Shown: positions 9,848-23,550, counted from the first letter of the stretch. The stretch: DNA of 64,000 bases from Calcarisporiella thermophila CBS 279.70 (GCF_041956535.1 NW_027192195.1:1199347-1263346), one strand, 5' to 3'. The notes: generated by a model from the letters alone, not told the origin. Program-made: numbers and translations.

Positions 9848-11319
9848 TCAAGCGCTCTGCGGCATGTTAATCAGAGGCGGGCTCGCTCGCCGACCCTTCT
9901 TTCGCCACTCTTTGCGTGTCGCAGCTTGATCCACTGGGGCAAGTAGTTCAAAGCTACAGAGTAGCTCCTCGTTCACGTACATCACAGAGCCATAGTTGTT
10001 GAATTCATTACAGTAATTTGGCGCGGAAAACACGGTGACCAGGGTGCGGTCATTAAAGAATTCATATCCTAACCGATATAAGAGGGAATTAGCATAGAGT
10101 GACAAGGGTTGGCGAAATCAACGAACTGCGGTGATTTGTTTGAAGATAAGGAGGGAAGGGGAGGGGGAGGGGGGGCTTACCATCTTCAACCACCATGTGC
10201 GCCCTCGCCACGAGATCGAACCCGTATCTGGATAAAAATTGGTCGACTTGCGGCTTTCCAAAGCAATAGCTCACCCCGCGCTCATTGTCTTCCCAACTTT
10301 GCGCGGTATCGCTTGGGTCCGACCACAGAAGGTCACTTAGCAATCCATAATCTGGAACGTCGGTCGGCCGCGAGATGTTACGGATTTCATCCATGGAGCG
10401 CAACGAGGGCGAGAGGCCACCATGGACACAGAAGATCTTAGAAGCCACTGTCGCAGCAATAGGGAGGGTATTGAAGACGTCGACAAACGTTTTCCAAATC
10501 TTGACGCTGCACCGACGCTTACACTCATCATAGAATCCATATACTTCAAGATAACAAAGGGGAGGCAAGGGGTCAATTAGCATTCGTCATAGCCGGAAGA
10601 GGCGGATGTGGGGGGGGGGAGGGCTTACCTCGAGTCACGTTGGCGCACTCGTGGTTTCCTCGCAATAAAAAGAAATTTTCGGGCCACTTGATCTTGTAAC
10701 AGAGCAAGAGACAGATCGTCTCCAAACTCTGTTTGCCCCTGTCCACGTAATCGCCTAGAAACAGATAGTTGGCGGCGGGGGGAAAGCCGCTCATCTCAAA
10801 CAAGCGCATCAGATCGGTATACTGTCCATGGACATCGCCCACAATCTTCACGGGTGGCGAAAGCTCGATCAAGGCCGGCTGTGATAGGAAGATTTCACGC
10901 GCAGTACGGCATATCGCGACGATTTCCGAGTTTTTCAGGGGGAAGTTCTTAGCGATGCGGCCCGAGAAGCCCACGGCGAGCAAGCGGGAAATCAGGTCGT
11001 CGATGTTTACATTGTTGGGGAGGCGCTCTATCGAGGAGAAAGACGTGGTGGTCATCTGATTCTGCTCTTCAAAGTTGGCGTCATCGAGATTAAATGAGCC
11101 AGCACTTGGCGATGAGGGCGAGTTGTTGGCAGCAGAGGTGAACACGCTCCCGGCGCTAGCCGGGACCTGCTGCTGGTAGTGAAGGAGGATGGAATTGACA
11201 GACGAGGCGGTATTTGTAGAGTGTTCATTGTCGGGGATCTCGGCTACACGCACCGGGGGTGTGATCGACTCCCGCTTATTCTTTTTCGACACAGAGAGAT
11301 TAGAGGGATGGTTTCCCAT
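9848..11319 (-). CDS. PPZ1: PPZ-type Ser/Thr protein phosphatase (PP1-like); exons 11319-10629, 10543-10181, 10068-9848
   Basis: GDVHGQ, GDYVDRG, LRGNHE, HGGLSP and SAPNYC motifs; MG-starting Ser/Asn-rich N-extension and LLCSFELL C-terminus typical of Ppz; in-phase GT-AG introns. Confidence 0.88.
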
Positions 11320-12479
11320 GATTAAACAAGAAGCTGCAAGATGGAGGCAAAGTAAGCAAGCCGTTAGTGAGAGCTCAGGCTCTATGGCCCAATAAAGGGA
11401 CGGCCGAATTCCGGATCAATCTGATTAGAAGAGGGCCAAATGGGCGTACTCCACCTCTAATCAAAGACTCACCACTGAAATGATAATGAAGATTTGTAGT
11501 CTCAAATACGGAATGGATCGCGAGGAGGGATCTCTACGGCATGAAGCGAGAGGATGCGGGTGGAAGGGGGCGGGCGGAGCGTGTTTATCAAATAGGTAAA
11601 AGAAAATCGGGAGAGAAAGGATGAAAATACAAGAAAACAGGCGGAAGGCGCTTGGGATCAGGAGATTTCGGCTCAGAGTCAGAGCAATTCTTTCATCAAA
11701 CAATCGGCAGCCGGGGGGGACGGGTGTGGATATTAGCGCATCCTTCTTTTATTCGCAGAGGTGAGAGCCCTCGTTCAGGATGCGCAATTAAGTGATCAAA
11801 GAGAGAAAATAAGAAAAACGGAGTGAATTGACCGCGTACAAGGTGGCTTGTTCGGAGGGCAGTTAATACTTCCGCTCGCGCACAGGCTACCCAACTCAGC
11901 TGCTAACAGCTGAACCTTATTAGCGCGAGCGCTCCTTTAAACCGCTCGCTTCGTACGAGACGAATCATTCGCCTCGGCGGACAGTAAGCCAGGGCACGAG
12001 GGCGACGCAGCCCACCCATAGGAGAGCGGGCCGATTTCTCGCGCGGCGTCACGCCCGCTGTTGCGGCGGCCGCAGCCCGCCCGCCCGCATTCGAAAATAG
12101 CGGGCTGATTCGGGCCCAAGGAGATCACGAGCAGCCTCCAGCGCAACCTGAAAGAAGGTTACAGGAGATGAGCCTGCTTTCAGACTCGCTTGCAAAATAG
12201 GGTGGCCGGCCTGAATTAGGATCATGCGAGGAGGACCCGGTATTTTCGGGCGGCTGGATGCATCTCACGAGAACGTGAGCTCTAAATGGATGCGTGATGC
12301 TGGGGGAGAGTCTGTTTTCGAATCGGAAATCTGCACAAATACATGGCCTTGTTCATTATTCATTAACAAAAACAAGCTAGGCAAGGCATGCCAATGAAGC
12401 GGCCTATCCGCCTCCCCATTTATTTTGCCCGGTTTTTCCTCTCTCCCTCCCCCCGTCGTCATCGGCTAGATGAGCAATA

Positions 12480-12710
12480 ATGCCGGCCCACTACTACCTA
12501 TTCCAGTGCTCCCTTTGCAATGCTCTCTATGAAAACGAGACCCTGTGTCTCCACCATAAAATCGTCGACCATCCTACCCAACGAGCGCCCCCGTTGCCCA
12601 CGAAATTCTCGCGTCCTTTGACATCATTTCTGACATGTGAGCTTTGTGGTGTTCGATTTATAGATGAATTGGCACGCTGTGAGCACGCCAGGGTTAAACA
12701 TGGCGTGTGA
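12480..12710 (+). CDS. 76-aa protein with two C2H2 zinc fingers
   Basis: FQCSLC-x12-H-x4-H and LTCELC-x12-H-x4-H; ATG to stop, no intron needed. Confidence 0.65.
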   Translation: MPAHYYLFQCSLCNALYENETLCLHHKIVDHPTQRAPPLPTKFSRPLTSFLTCELCGVRFIDELARCEHARVKHGV

Positions 12711-14182
12711 ATATCGAAGCCATCGCTCTACCATGGCATAGATGAGTAATAAAGTAGGCCGATTAGCTTTGTGGATAGGATGAATGAGTTCACGAAAGAT
12801 TCTAATGTGTGCTAAGCCACACACCATGAGAATAAATTAGGCGTCCATATGGCAGAGTTTGTGAAAAAGAGACCTGCAGGCTCGGCAGGCCGAGGCTCCT
12901 AGTGGGATGAACTCTTCTTCTTACTTACTCCGAAGCCATCGGCCGCTCGGTAAAATCGGCAGATAATCATTGTCTAAGAAACTGTACAACCCCAGGTCTG
13001 GTACAAAGCCCGAAAAGAGTAGGGCATACTATCTCTAATAAAACATGGTCGAGAGGGTATGTCTACAATATCGAGCGCAGGACTAGGTTCCAGGAAAAGC
13101 TCACTCGAGATTGCCGATAGTTCTTAGTTGACCTTTGCCGCTCCACAGTCGAGCCAATATGGCTCTCCCCCACCAGAACATACTTTGTATCCTTAGCATA
13201 GCTGCGACGAATTTATCCCAAAACTACTCGATGATCTTGTGGCATGATAGGGTACTCCTCGCGAGATCCTCGATCGGGTTGCTTAGGGTGGTGTTCCCTC
13301 TCTTGAGTTTTAAGCCCTCCAGGGCGGGAGGAAGCCGATTGTTTTCCCGGCTGCCCCTGGTGATACTCTCCCCGCTTTGCCACTTAAATTGGGTTGTCAA
13401 TCCTTAACATAGCTGAGCGGGAGCTTGAATTGTCCTCTATAATTGGGTAATACCAGGCCAAAAGCTCTCGGAAGTCAGCCGTTGAGTAGAGGAGTATTGG
13501 GGCGATGCGAATTCTCATCCTATGAATAGAGTAGTAATTTATGGCAGGCGCTTTGGCAGTGGTTATTTATTTTGGTTCTGCCTTTGGAAAGAGGATAAAG
13601 CAAGAGGGAAGCACAAAGGAAGAGTAAAAGGAATTGATTAGAATACAATAATGAAAAGGTATTAATCACGAAAAAATGGCTTGAACAAGTACAAAGAAAT
13701 GGCGGGAATAACTACAAAAAAATCACATCTTCGCTCACAAAGGGCGAGGAGGATAAAAGACAAATAAGATACTTCAGGTAGAATGTGCTCAAAGCCGATA
13801 TTCACCATCACTCGCTTCGCCTTCCTCCTCATCCTCAGGATCCCCCGCATCCTCCACATCGTCTTCCTCACCCGAAGAAAGATCCTCATGGCCGCGCTTA
13901 AACACAACATCGAAAGACTCGTCTGCAGACGAGTCATAGTCCAGCAGCACGGGCGGATCATAGCTCTCGCTCTTTGTTCTAGAGGTGAGTTTTGTTCCCT
14001 TACCCTTGCGGTTTCGGGATTTCGAATACAATGCAGGCGATGGGCGCGCGATCCTTCGCGATTGTCGCGATTTTCTAACTCTATCGCCGCTCATGGTAGC
14101 ATGGCGTGGCGATATTTCATGTAATTTTGGCTTAGAGCCCTTGCTCGAGCGTTCCGGTCCAAGCACGAGCACAACGTCCTCC

Positions 14183-17100
14183 TCATCCCCCTCCCTCCTC
14201 CTCCTCCTCCTCCTCCTCTCCTTCTCCTTCCTTCCGTCCGCTCATTTCTTTTTCGGGGCACTCGAAATCTTCACTTCCTCCATCACTATAATGAGGCGCC
14301 CGCGGCATAATCGAGACCACCGGGGTGCAATGGCTCGCTACTTCTTCAACCTGCGAACAAAACAGTTTGAAATCCGCGCTATCCCGAATATAGAAACCTA
14401 GCAGCATGGATGGGTCAATTTGCGAGATAGGAATCGCTCGCGGCTCTCCATGGTGGAAGGTATGCAGGATGGAGTCTTCGGTGGAGGTGGCAGCGGGTTG
14501 CGCCAAGTGCGGGTCGATGTAGAGCAGCTCTCCGCCCTGGTAGCCCACAAAATACAGCGATGCAGAAGGGCGGCCTCCAGCAATTCCAACCGATTGAGGA
14601 AAACGGAAACAGGCCATGATGCCCTGATAGTACACGGGATTAACGCCCTCGACACCCAAGCGAGTTGCCGCGAGAACAAGCACAGGGCGGGGAAGTACTT
14701 CGTCATCGAGGTTGTCATCATCTCGCTCCGAGGTTTTGCTCGAGGAAGGTTGAGTCGAAGGCACAGCCTCGTGCGAGCATCGCACGACTTCATCCCGATA
14801 GATGACGCCGTCTCCCGCAACAACCACTCCCATTCCGACAGAGGCACCCAACTTGTCACACTCTTTCAACATCGCTTTAATTGCAAGGGAGGTCGTTGAG
14901 GGCCCAAACCATTCACCCAGATTCTTGCCCAGTTCTTGGCCCCGCTGTGTCATACGGTGGATGGAAAAGGGGGCATCTGGGACGTCCAAAAACCAGGATA
15001 CTATCTCCACATACTTGCGCCAATTCTCAGAATCCTTCTTATCCCGGTCGACAGCCAAGTGGCGCCGCCAGCCTCGGCCCAAGAAATGGTGCAGCAGAGC
15101 GTTGGCCAGCATCGATTGGCTAGTCCGATGCATACAGCCCCATCCAATATCCGTGGTGTAAAAAGAGGTGGGACAAATACGAGAGAAATCTTTGCGATAG
15201 GTGAGGCCGATACGAGAGCGAAAATCGGCAAGAAAGTCTAGGAGCACTCCCTGGTTAGGTGTCATCTGAGGTGGTTGCGGGCCGGTTGGAGGTTTAGGAG
15301 GCTTGGCCAAGGTAACAGAGGCAGACATGTATGTAGAGGAGGGAAGGGGTGGGGGAGAGGAGATGCTACGTTGACGGCCCAATTCGGGTAAAGAAGGGAC
15401 CGGGTCATGGCTCTTCTTCTCCTCGTCTCCTTCCTTTTCTATCAATTCCACTTCAACTCGTCCGTCCAATTCGGGCGGCTCCCACTCCTCTTTTTCCTCT
15501 TCCGCCAACATTCCCATCGATTTTCGGGGAGAAACACCCCCCCATGATCCCTTGCCCTCACCCGATTCCGGCTCGTAGTGTTCTGCTCTTGGCTGGTTTC
15601 CTTTGCCCCGATAAAATATTTCCACAATCGACTCATTTTCCTTCAAAGTCTGCGAGAGGGTCTCCTCGGCTTTCCGCTCTTTCCCCGAGGACATAGGTTT
15701 ATCCACGATCACCGGAGGCGTCTCCTGCTCTTCCATTTCTGTTGGCATGAGCTCCATTTCAAAATTGACTTCCTCATCTGCCTCGTTGCTAAAATCGCCA
15801 ACCGACCACATCTCCACGCCACCGTTGGCATACTCCTGCGGTGAGCCTCTATTGTTGACGTCGTCTGCCGCTCCGGTGTTCATATTTTCCCGACGCTGTC
15901 GCAATTTTCCGTCGGCCAATGACACAATTATTGCAGGTGTTCCGGGGGTTGGCACTGCCTCGGCGTCATCAGCTCTGGTTCGCCGGTTTAGTCGGGGAGA
16001 ATAGTTCAATTCCTCAAAATCTTCGTCGGAAAGATATTGGTTGCGGGAGGGTAGGGGGATATCAATAGGAGAAGGAGAAGAGGCGCCCGACGTAGAACGA
16101 GTTGCGTTAGCGCTGACATTAGGGGTGGCATCGGGGGTGGAGGAAAATGACTGATGTGCAGTTGAATTCCCACTATATTCTGAGGGTAATCGGTCGCTCA
16201 TCATAGAGTCGGTCAGGTTCGGGACATGGCTATCCATATTAGAGGTTGACGAGGCGAGGGTCACTTGCTTGTTTCTCACCCGATTTCGCAAACTTTCGAA
16301 TGACAGCTTATGAGTGATTCTCTGGGGTTCGTCGGTCGACGAAGACACTTCACTGTCGGACCCGTTCGCTTTTTTCGTAAGTGATAGAGACCGTAGTCTA
16401 CTTAGCATGCTAGTTGAGGTTTTCGGTCTCTCATTCCCGCCTGCGTAGTCAAGGTGCAGTGGTACCAGCGCACGGGGGCTGCTAGGGCGCTGGAGGGCGA
16501 GTGCAAGCTGAGTGAATGAACGGGATCGCTTTTTGAGAAAGGAGCTATCCTTTTCGTGCGATTTTCCAACGCCTGAATCGCTGGCCATCGCATCCTCCGA
16601 CGTCGACATAGAAGTACTATAGCTTGCGGCCCACGGCGCAGAAAATCCAAAGAGCCGCCAGGTATCTCCCCCGCGTGGCAGATTAACTTCTCCGCCCTGC
16701 TCCTCGTCAAAACGGTAGCACACGCCCAAAAGCCAAATCGACTCGGTTGAATAGCTGGTTTTCAGCCGGAAATGATCTTCAGCTCGGGCAATGTACTGGA
16801 CAACTCGCGAACTATATAACCATATGGACATGCGCTGGATCAATTCCGAGGGTGTATTTCTGAGAGTGTCCGGAGGGATCGGAGCGGTGAGGGGATAAGC
16901 GTTACCACGTGCTGCATCCGAATTAGAACGCCGCTTAGTTTTCTTGGGCGATAGCAAAGGGATAGTTGGAGAAGCCTTTTCTTCTTCCTTCTCTTTTGAG
17001 AGTTTACGGGACTCATTGCTCCCCCTACGATTCGTCCCAAAAGACTTCAATAAAAACAATATGAACGACGGCCCATATCTTCAAAACGTTTCAAAGAAAA

Positions 17101-17495
17101 CTTACCCGCCGCAAATTGGGTATCATGGTATGATCTTTTCGCGGATATATCCGTTCTTTACTCTCCTCTCTTCCTTCGTCGGCTCTATTGCTCTTTGAGG
17201 GGCCATTGAGAGATGGCAAAGATTTTTTCTTTTCGCCTTCAATCAACTCGGACTCTGCATGGCTAGACGGCTCAGATTTTAGTGGGCTTTTCCAGGAAAA
17301 TCGGCGAGGCCTTTTCTTTTGAGTTTTGGGATCCCGGTCAAGATCTTGATTAGGACTATTAAGATTAGGGTTGGAAGATGTGTTGAAAGCTAATGGATAG
17401 ACTCCAATCAATGGTATAGGAACTGGACTATTGGAAAGAAGCGATGATGTATTATCTGCGACGGCAGACTGACTCTCCATCACTGGTTTCTGCAT
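14183..17495 (-). CDS. ATG4: Autophagy cysteine protease Atg4 (peptidase C54); exons 17495-17106 and 17044-14183; probably extends to 13789 via a 1-nt frameshift
   Basis: IWLLGVCY, FRSRIGLTYR, TDIGWGCMHR (catalytic Cys), WFGPS, GIAGGRP, YIDPH (Asp/His), IDPSMLLGF. Confidence 0.92.
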
Positions 17496-17880
17496 TGGCC
17501 AATTGAGATTAAAACAGGTCAGGTCAAAAATGGGAGAGAATTAGCTTAGGTCTCACTTTTGAATTTGAGCTGGTGTGCCCAGTCATCACCACAATAATCC
17601 GCTCATTAAACTGATAGTTAAATTCCTTTTAACGTGTTTGATGGACAAATGGCGAAATGGAATCTCTGCATCCAGGCGTGGTTGAAATCCTAACGAGTGA
17701 TCGCGTGAATGCATAGAGAATAGGAGGTTAAAAAAAATTACATGCCAAGCCACAGATACTTTCTGTATTCTTGTAGGTTCACTTATGTTTTAAATCTCCT
17801 GATCTCTTGATCTACAATCCTTGTGACATTTTTTTTTTTCTTTCCTCTTTTGCTTCGATTTAGCCTATATCTCTTCACCA

Positions 17881-18436
17881 ATGACATTTGCTGCAGTAGT
17901 GAAGAAAGCTGCAGTACAGTCTGCAACTAAACTTCGTCCAACAAAAGCCGCTATGACATTGGTATGTCTATGGACAAGTCCATTTCAGTTCTGTAATTTG
18001 ATTCCACTGGGTATAGAATTCATTTGTATGGACTAATTTTTTTCTTCTCTATGAATTAAATAGACACCAGCAGCTGTTGAACGACTTAAACAACTTTCTA
18101 CATTAGAAGGTCAGAGCAAAATGATTCGCGTTGGCCTTCGCACCAAAGGGTGTTCAGGCAATCAATATCATCTAGAATTCACAGACAAGAAAAATAAATT
18201 TGACGAGGAGGTTACCCAAGACGGTGATTATTGGAACTTTGTTTGGTTACAGGTTGCCATCTTCCTAATGAAATTTTACTTGTATAGGCGTGACGGTCCT
18301 CATCGACTCGAAGGCACTTTTTTCCGTTCTCGGTTCCGAGATGGACTATGTGGAGGATAAACTTGCAACCCAGTTCGTCTTCCACAATCCCAATGTTAAG
18401 GAGACCTGCGGATGTGGAATGAGTTTTATGACATAA
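17881..18436 (+). CDS. ISA1: Iron-sulfur cluster assembly protein Isa1 (A-type), 3 exons
   Basis: KAAMTL|TPAAVERL, RTKGCSG, GSEMDYVED and NPNVKETCGCGMSF. Confidence 0.92.
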
Positions 18437-18736
18437 TACCTACGACTATATTTATTCTGCTGCTTATAAATTCTTCCCTTGTAACATAATAAACCCTCAA
18501 TACACTTATTTGTCTCATTCTATTAGATTTGCTCAGCATTGTGTCCATGGAATAGTTGTGGTTTTCTTCTCTGCTCACAATTCTAATAGAATATTCAATA
18601 GATTTTAAGCAACTTGCTTGTCAATGTCTGTTTTATTCTTTTCACTTCGATTGAAATTCAATTTCAGAAATTTGAAAGAAGCCAAATAAATAATACTGTT
18701 GATCTTCCAAACACTAATTTAACGAAAACAACCGCC

Positions 18737-19688
18737 ATGTCTTCCACCGACAAAAGTTATGATGAAATGACGCCAGAAGAGCGCAAGGAGTACGACCAGA
18801 AGCAGCGAGAGAAGGAGCAGGCAGAGCAGGATGGTGATTATACCGATTGAAATTAAGCATTCTTGCGCGATCACACTCAAATCTCTATACTAGCTCTCCC
18901 TTATAAGTGGAAGCAGACATTGCAGGATGTGGACATAACCGTCCCGGTGCCTAAGGGTACGCGTGGACGTGATGTTGTGGTAGAATTCAAGCGAAAATCG
19001 CTCAAAGTTGGCTTGAAAGGCAAAGAGCCAATTATCGAGGTATTACCCATATTTTTTCTCGGACTTGTTGATTGGACACATGACGAAGAATTTTCCTATA
19101 ATGATTAGGGCGAATTATGTAAAGAAATAAAAATGGAAGAGTCGACTTGGACATTGGGTAAATTCACTTTGTTCTAGTTTAGATCTGGTGTGGAAAATGG
19201 TGCGCTAATAGCTTATTTGCTCTGTGTAGAGGACCAACGCGAAATCGCAATCCATCTTGAAAAGGTGAATCGCATGGAGTGGTGGCAAAATGTAATTACT
19301 ACCCATCCCGCCATTGACACTACGAAGATCGAGCCCGAGAATTCTAAGCTTGCGGATTTAGACGGCGAGACGCGCAGCATGGTGGAGAAAATGATGGTGA
19401 GTATAAGCATATCGATGGAAAGCTTGTCTTATTTCGCGATCGTTTGCTACGCGACCTCTGTTACGAAATACTGAGACCATTTATTTGTAGTTTGATCAGC
19501 GGCAAAAGGCGATGGGCCAGCCTACCAGCGACGAATTGAAAAAGCAAGAGATGCTCAAGAAGTTCCAGGCACAGGTAAGAAACTAGGACTAATATGAAAT
19601 GGCCTCTCCACGGGCAGCTAACGCCTGGATTTCTCCTCTATCATGGCAGCACCCTGAGCTCGACTTTAGCAAAGCCAAGATGCTCTAG
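18737..19688 (+). CDS. nudC: Nuclear movement protein NudC (CS domain), multi-exon
   Basis: [41 protein letters not shown]|[16 protein letters not shown]. Confidence 0.92.
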
Positions 19689-20179
19689 CCCTGCTCGATA
19701 ACCCATATGAAAGCACTTGATCTCTATGTAATTAGCACTTTGTCAATAAACTTCTCTCCCTGCTTCAAACTTGCTCCCTTAGAGGGTCGGAAGGTTACTG
19801 AATCCTTTCGCTTGAAACTGTTGCTTGAACCTCCTCATGGCCTGAATCCGTACTTTTGGGTTTCAGCTCTTCAACAAGGCCTCTAGGTTGCGTCGCGTGT
19901 AGGCTTTCTTTTTTTGTAACTGGGACGAGCCACTAGAGTCTGCCGGTGATTGGCTGGACTGATGATTTCAATCAAATAGAAAACGCGCGAAAGTGCCTTG
20001 TTACTCAAAATAGCTAACAGACAAGTTACGCGTTTCTCTATTTCATTCAGTCTTGGCCTTAGTTTTGGTCGTTGTTTGGGTTGCTTACTATCGCGGATAG
20101 AAGAGTCGAATTTCTCTTCGATTATTCCTCGCCTTTTTTCTCCTCACGTCTTTTCCCCCTCCTCCATCAGTTCATCGTA

Positions 20180-22502
20180 ATGGTCTTCAATGAAGATGCT
20201 CGATCTAAGCGCCGCCAAAAGACTAAATCGCTCCAGCTTACCGCTGCAGGGCTTGCTTCAGTCATAGGCCTAGTCCCTGCATCGAAGGAGCGAAGGCCCA
20301 TTTCTACCATGGTTGCGCCATCGCCGGTGCTGAGCGAGGGAAATGATTTTTATTCCAGTTCTGGAGACTGGAGAGATTCACCCGATGCAGAAATGGATGG
20401 GGAAACATTAGTGAATTATTTATGCGACTTAGATGTAAGTGGGGCCTTTGTTCTTATGCACAATGGAGAGATGCAACTAAATCCTTTTAATAGTGTGGAC
20501 TTCAGGTTCTGTTGTCACACGTCAAGTTGGATATGCTAGCATGCAAGGTAGGAATTAGAGTCTACTCTAAAGATCAAAGACATTCTCATACTTAAAATTC
20601 CTATTTACGGAATAGGACGCGATGACATTTTTAAAGAAACGCGCAGCCATCGAGGAAGAATACGGTCGCTCTATGTTGAAACTTTCACAGAGCATGTATG
20701 ATTTAGCCGAAAAGAATGGCTACAGAAAAAATGGGTAAGAGCGCTTTTATCGATACCCCAATAAAATGAAAGAATCATTCAGATACCACTTTTCTCTTTT
20801 CTTAGAACATACGGTGAAGCATGGAGTGAAATCTTAAAAGTGCACGAGAAAATCGCAGAACAACGCATTAAATTCTCAAAAGATATTGGGGAAGTTGCCG
20901 ATGAAGTGCAGGCCCTGTTTAAGCAAACAGATCGCTCACGAAAACAGGTAGATTCCATGGCATTTTACTTGGTTAGTCCCTACTGACATGAGTCGATTTG
21001 GAATGCTTCTATTATCGTCTTTTAGCTAAAGGATACAGGGCAAAAGCACGAGAGACTACTGCAGGACGCCGAGCAATCATTGGATAAAGTAATTTTATTT
21101 TGCCGCATTTTCCCCTTGATCGCCCATATGGATCCGCTCACACTATGTCTTTAGGCAAAGTTGAAGTACGAATTATGTAGCGAGGACTGGGAGCGCAGCA
21201 TTCTTCAAAAGAATGGCGAGCCTGTCCAGCCCAGGCGTTCCAAGTCCGTGAGCTTGTTCAAGCAACCCAAAACACCCGGCCAGCTTGTAAAGCTTGAGGA
21301 AGAGGCACGTATGAAGGCGGCGCTCGCAAATGAAAACTACAAAGCTCAACTAACCCGGACAAATCAGGCCCGACACGAGTTTTATTCCACCCACTTGCCT
21401 CGCATTCTGACGGTGAGCCTACATCAAACATTCTGTAATGAAATTCCTCCTACCTAACTCTGTCGCATAATAGATGTTAAAAGAAACCGAGGACGAGTGT
21501 AGTGTTGCCCTTCGATACCAACTCGCACGATATGCCTTTATTTATGAGCAATCTCTAACTTCCGAGGCTATCATCATCGACGATGATGACGGCCACGGGC
21601 TCCGTTCCATCACCGAGCGCATCAATTACCAGGCAGACTTGCAGGAATATGTGAAGCGCTTTGCGGGATCAACGCGGAATAAGGGCGCACCAGAACGACT
21701 CTATAGCGAATATGCATCAGTAAATACATCCCTAATTTTTCGTTGTGGCGCCATTTTGTCTCATACAATTCTATTCTGTTCATAGCAATCTCAGCCCCAG
21801 CTCCATCTTCAACAGCCCGTTTCTAACCCTAAGCCTATCTTTGGTATCGACCTTTCGGTGCAACTAGAGCGCGACCAGCGAGATGTTCCATTAATTCTGG
21901 CAAAATGCGCCCAGGCGATCGAGCAATATGGGCTCACGTCTCAGGGGATATACCGGGTGTCTGGGACAAATACTCAAGTCCAAAAACTGCGGCAAGCATT
22001 CGATCGCGACGCTGAGGCGGTTGATCTGAACACAGAGGAATACTTGTCGGATATCAACATCGTGGCCGGGGTTCTTAAACAGTGGTTCCGCGAGCTGCCA
22101 GATCCGCTTTTGACGAGAGGCATGTATGCGGATTTCATACACGCTAGTAAACTGGAGGACGAGCGGTCCCGTGTGATTGCCACCCACGAGGCTGTAAATC
22201 GTCTTCCAGACGCCAACTACGCAACGCTAAAGTTTTTGATGTGCCACCTTGACAAGTAAATAGCAATGGCCACTGTTTTTATCTGACCCATAGTAATGCT
22301 TACATGAATGGTCCCACTCTTTAGGATACAGCAAAATCAACGGCACAATAAAATGGGCATTTCGAATTTGGCGGTCATATGGGGTCCAAACCTGTTGGGC
22401 GCGACCGGCGAGGAGGCACTTGCCGACATGGGCAACCAGTGTCGAGTGGTGGAAATTATATTAGAAAACTACGCAGTCATATTTGAAGCAGATGATGAAT
22501 AG
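20180..22502 (+). CDS. F-BAR plus RhoGAP protein (Rgd1/Rga7-like), multi-exon
   Basis: FLKKRAAIEEEYG (FCH), IFGIDL, GIYRVSG, VLKQWFRELPDPL, NKMGISNLAVIWGPNLL. Confidence 0.88.
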
Positions 22503-22896
22503 GTATCCCCATTTAAGTAGAAGAATCGACTTCTCATAGTGAATTATCTCGTATATATATCATATTATCTCGCGTTTCTCGTTTATTTTCTTTTTTTTTT
22601 TGTTCCCTTCTTCATTCCCCCCTTACTTCCCTCAGAACAATAACTTTATTCTTTTCCGCTCATTTCCTTATCTTCTTTTCTATTTCTAATTTTTTGTGAT
22701 GTTCTTTGCGAAAAATTGATTTTTTATAAATTCATCTGTAATCAAAGTCCAAAATTTATATAGAGTTGGTAAAAATAAGGGTGGTGTTGGAAATAGAAGA
22801 ATGATGATGCAAAAAAAAAGGGGAGCAATGTTTTTTCTTTCACAGAGTAATATTACACATTAAACACGGGGACAAATAGACACTATAAATACTCGA

Positions 22897-23436
22897 CTAT
22901 TTTCTGCTCCATAGTATTAGCCAATAAATGACAATGAATGCACCCACTGCACATGCCACATAATAGCACATCATCTTTTTATGCCGTGCTGATGTCATGG
23001 CGGAGAGTCTGCGTACCGTGCCAGAGAAAAGACTGCCAAAACCACCCATATTGTTTTGCTGCAGGAATACATTGGTAAATTATAAGAATTGGGCAGAACA
23101 GATAAAGAGAATTATTACCATTCCATCAAGGTATCGATTTTGCTCTTCCACATCACGGTGGATGTCAATGGTAACATGCTTGAGGGCGCGGACCTTGGCA
23201 TCTAGCTCCTGCATCCGCAGATCATTTTGCTGTTCAAAGAGGTATTCGGTGTTTTCTTGGCGTATCCGTGAGGAAGATGAATTGGATCCGTTCCTACCAG
23301 TGGAATAGAGGGGTTCAGCATAAGGATCAATGTCCAAGAAGAAGGCCGTCTAATTACCACATGATCCCACTGATGATTTATAAAGGTAGCGACCGCAGAC
23401 GTTAAAGTTTAACCACTTCGAATATGGACTGGTCAT
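22897..23436 (-). CDS. BET1: Qc-SNARE, Bet1/BET1L-like, 3 exons (first exon tentative)
   Basis: EQQNDLRMQELDAKVRALKHVTIDIHRDVEEQNRYLD SNARE coil; C-terminal TM YYVACAVGAFIVIYWLIL. Confidence 0.75.
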
Positions 23437-23550
23437 TGAAGGCCAAGCCACCCATTATCAAATTGAAGGGATTGCGCGTCCTTTCCTTTTCTCGTCTTAA
23501 TCGCTCCGAATATTTAGAAGAAAGAAGAAGAGTGTTAAGATTTGCACAAA

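Noticed and set aside
12900-13560. GC-balanced stretch with ORF 13135-13407
   Set aside because: The minus-strand frames I translated contain stops and I recognise no domain in them or in the ORF; left unassigned
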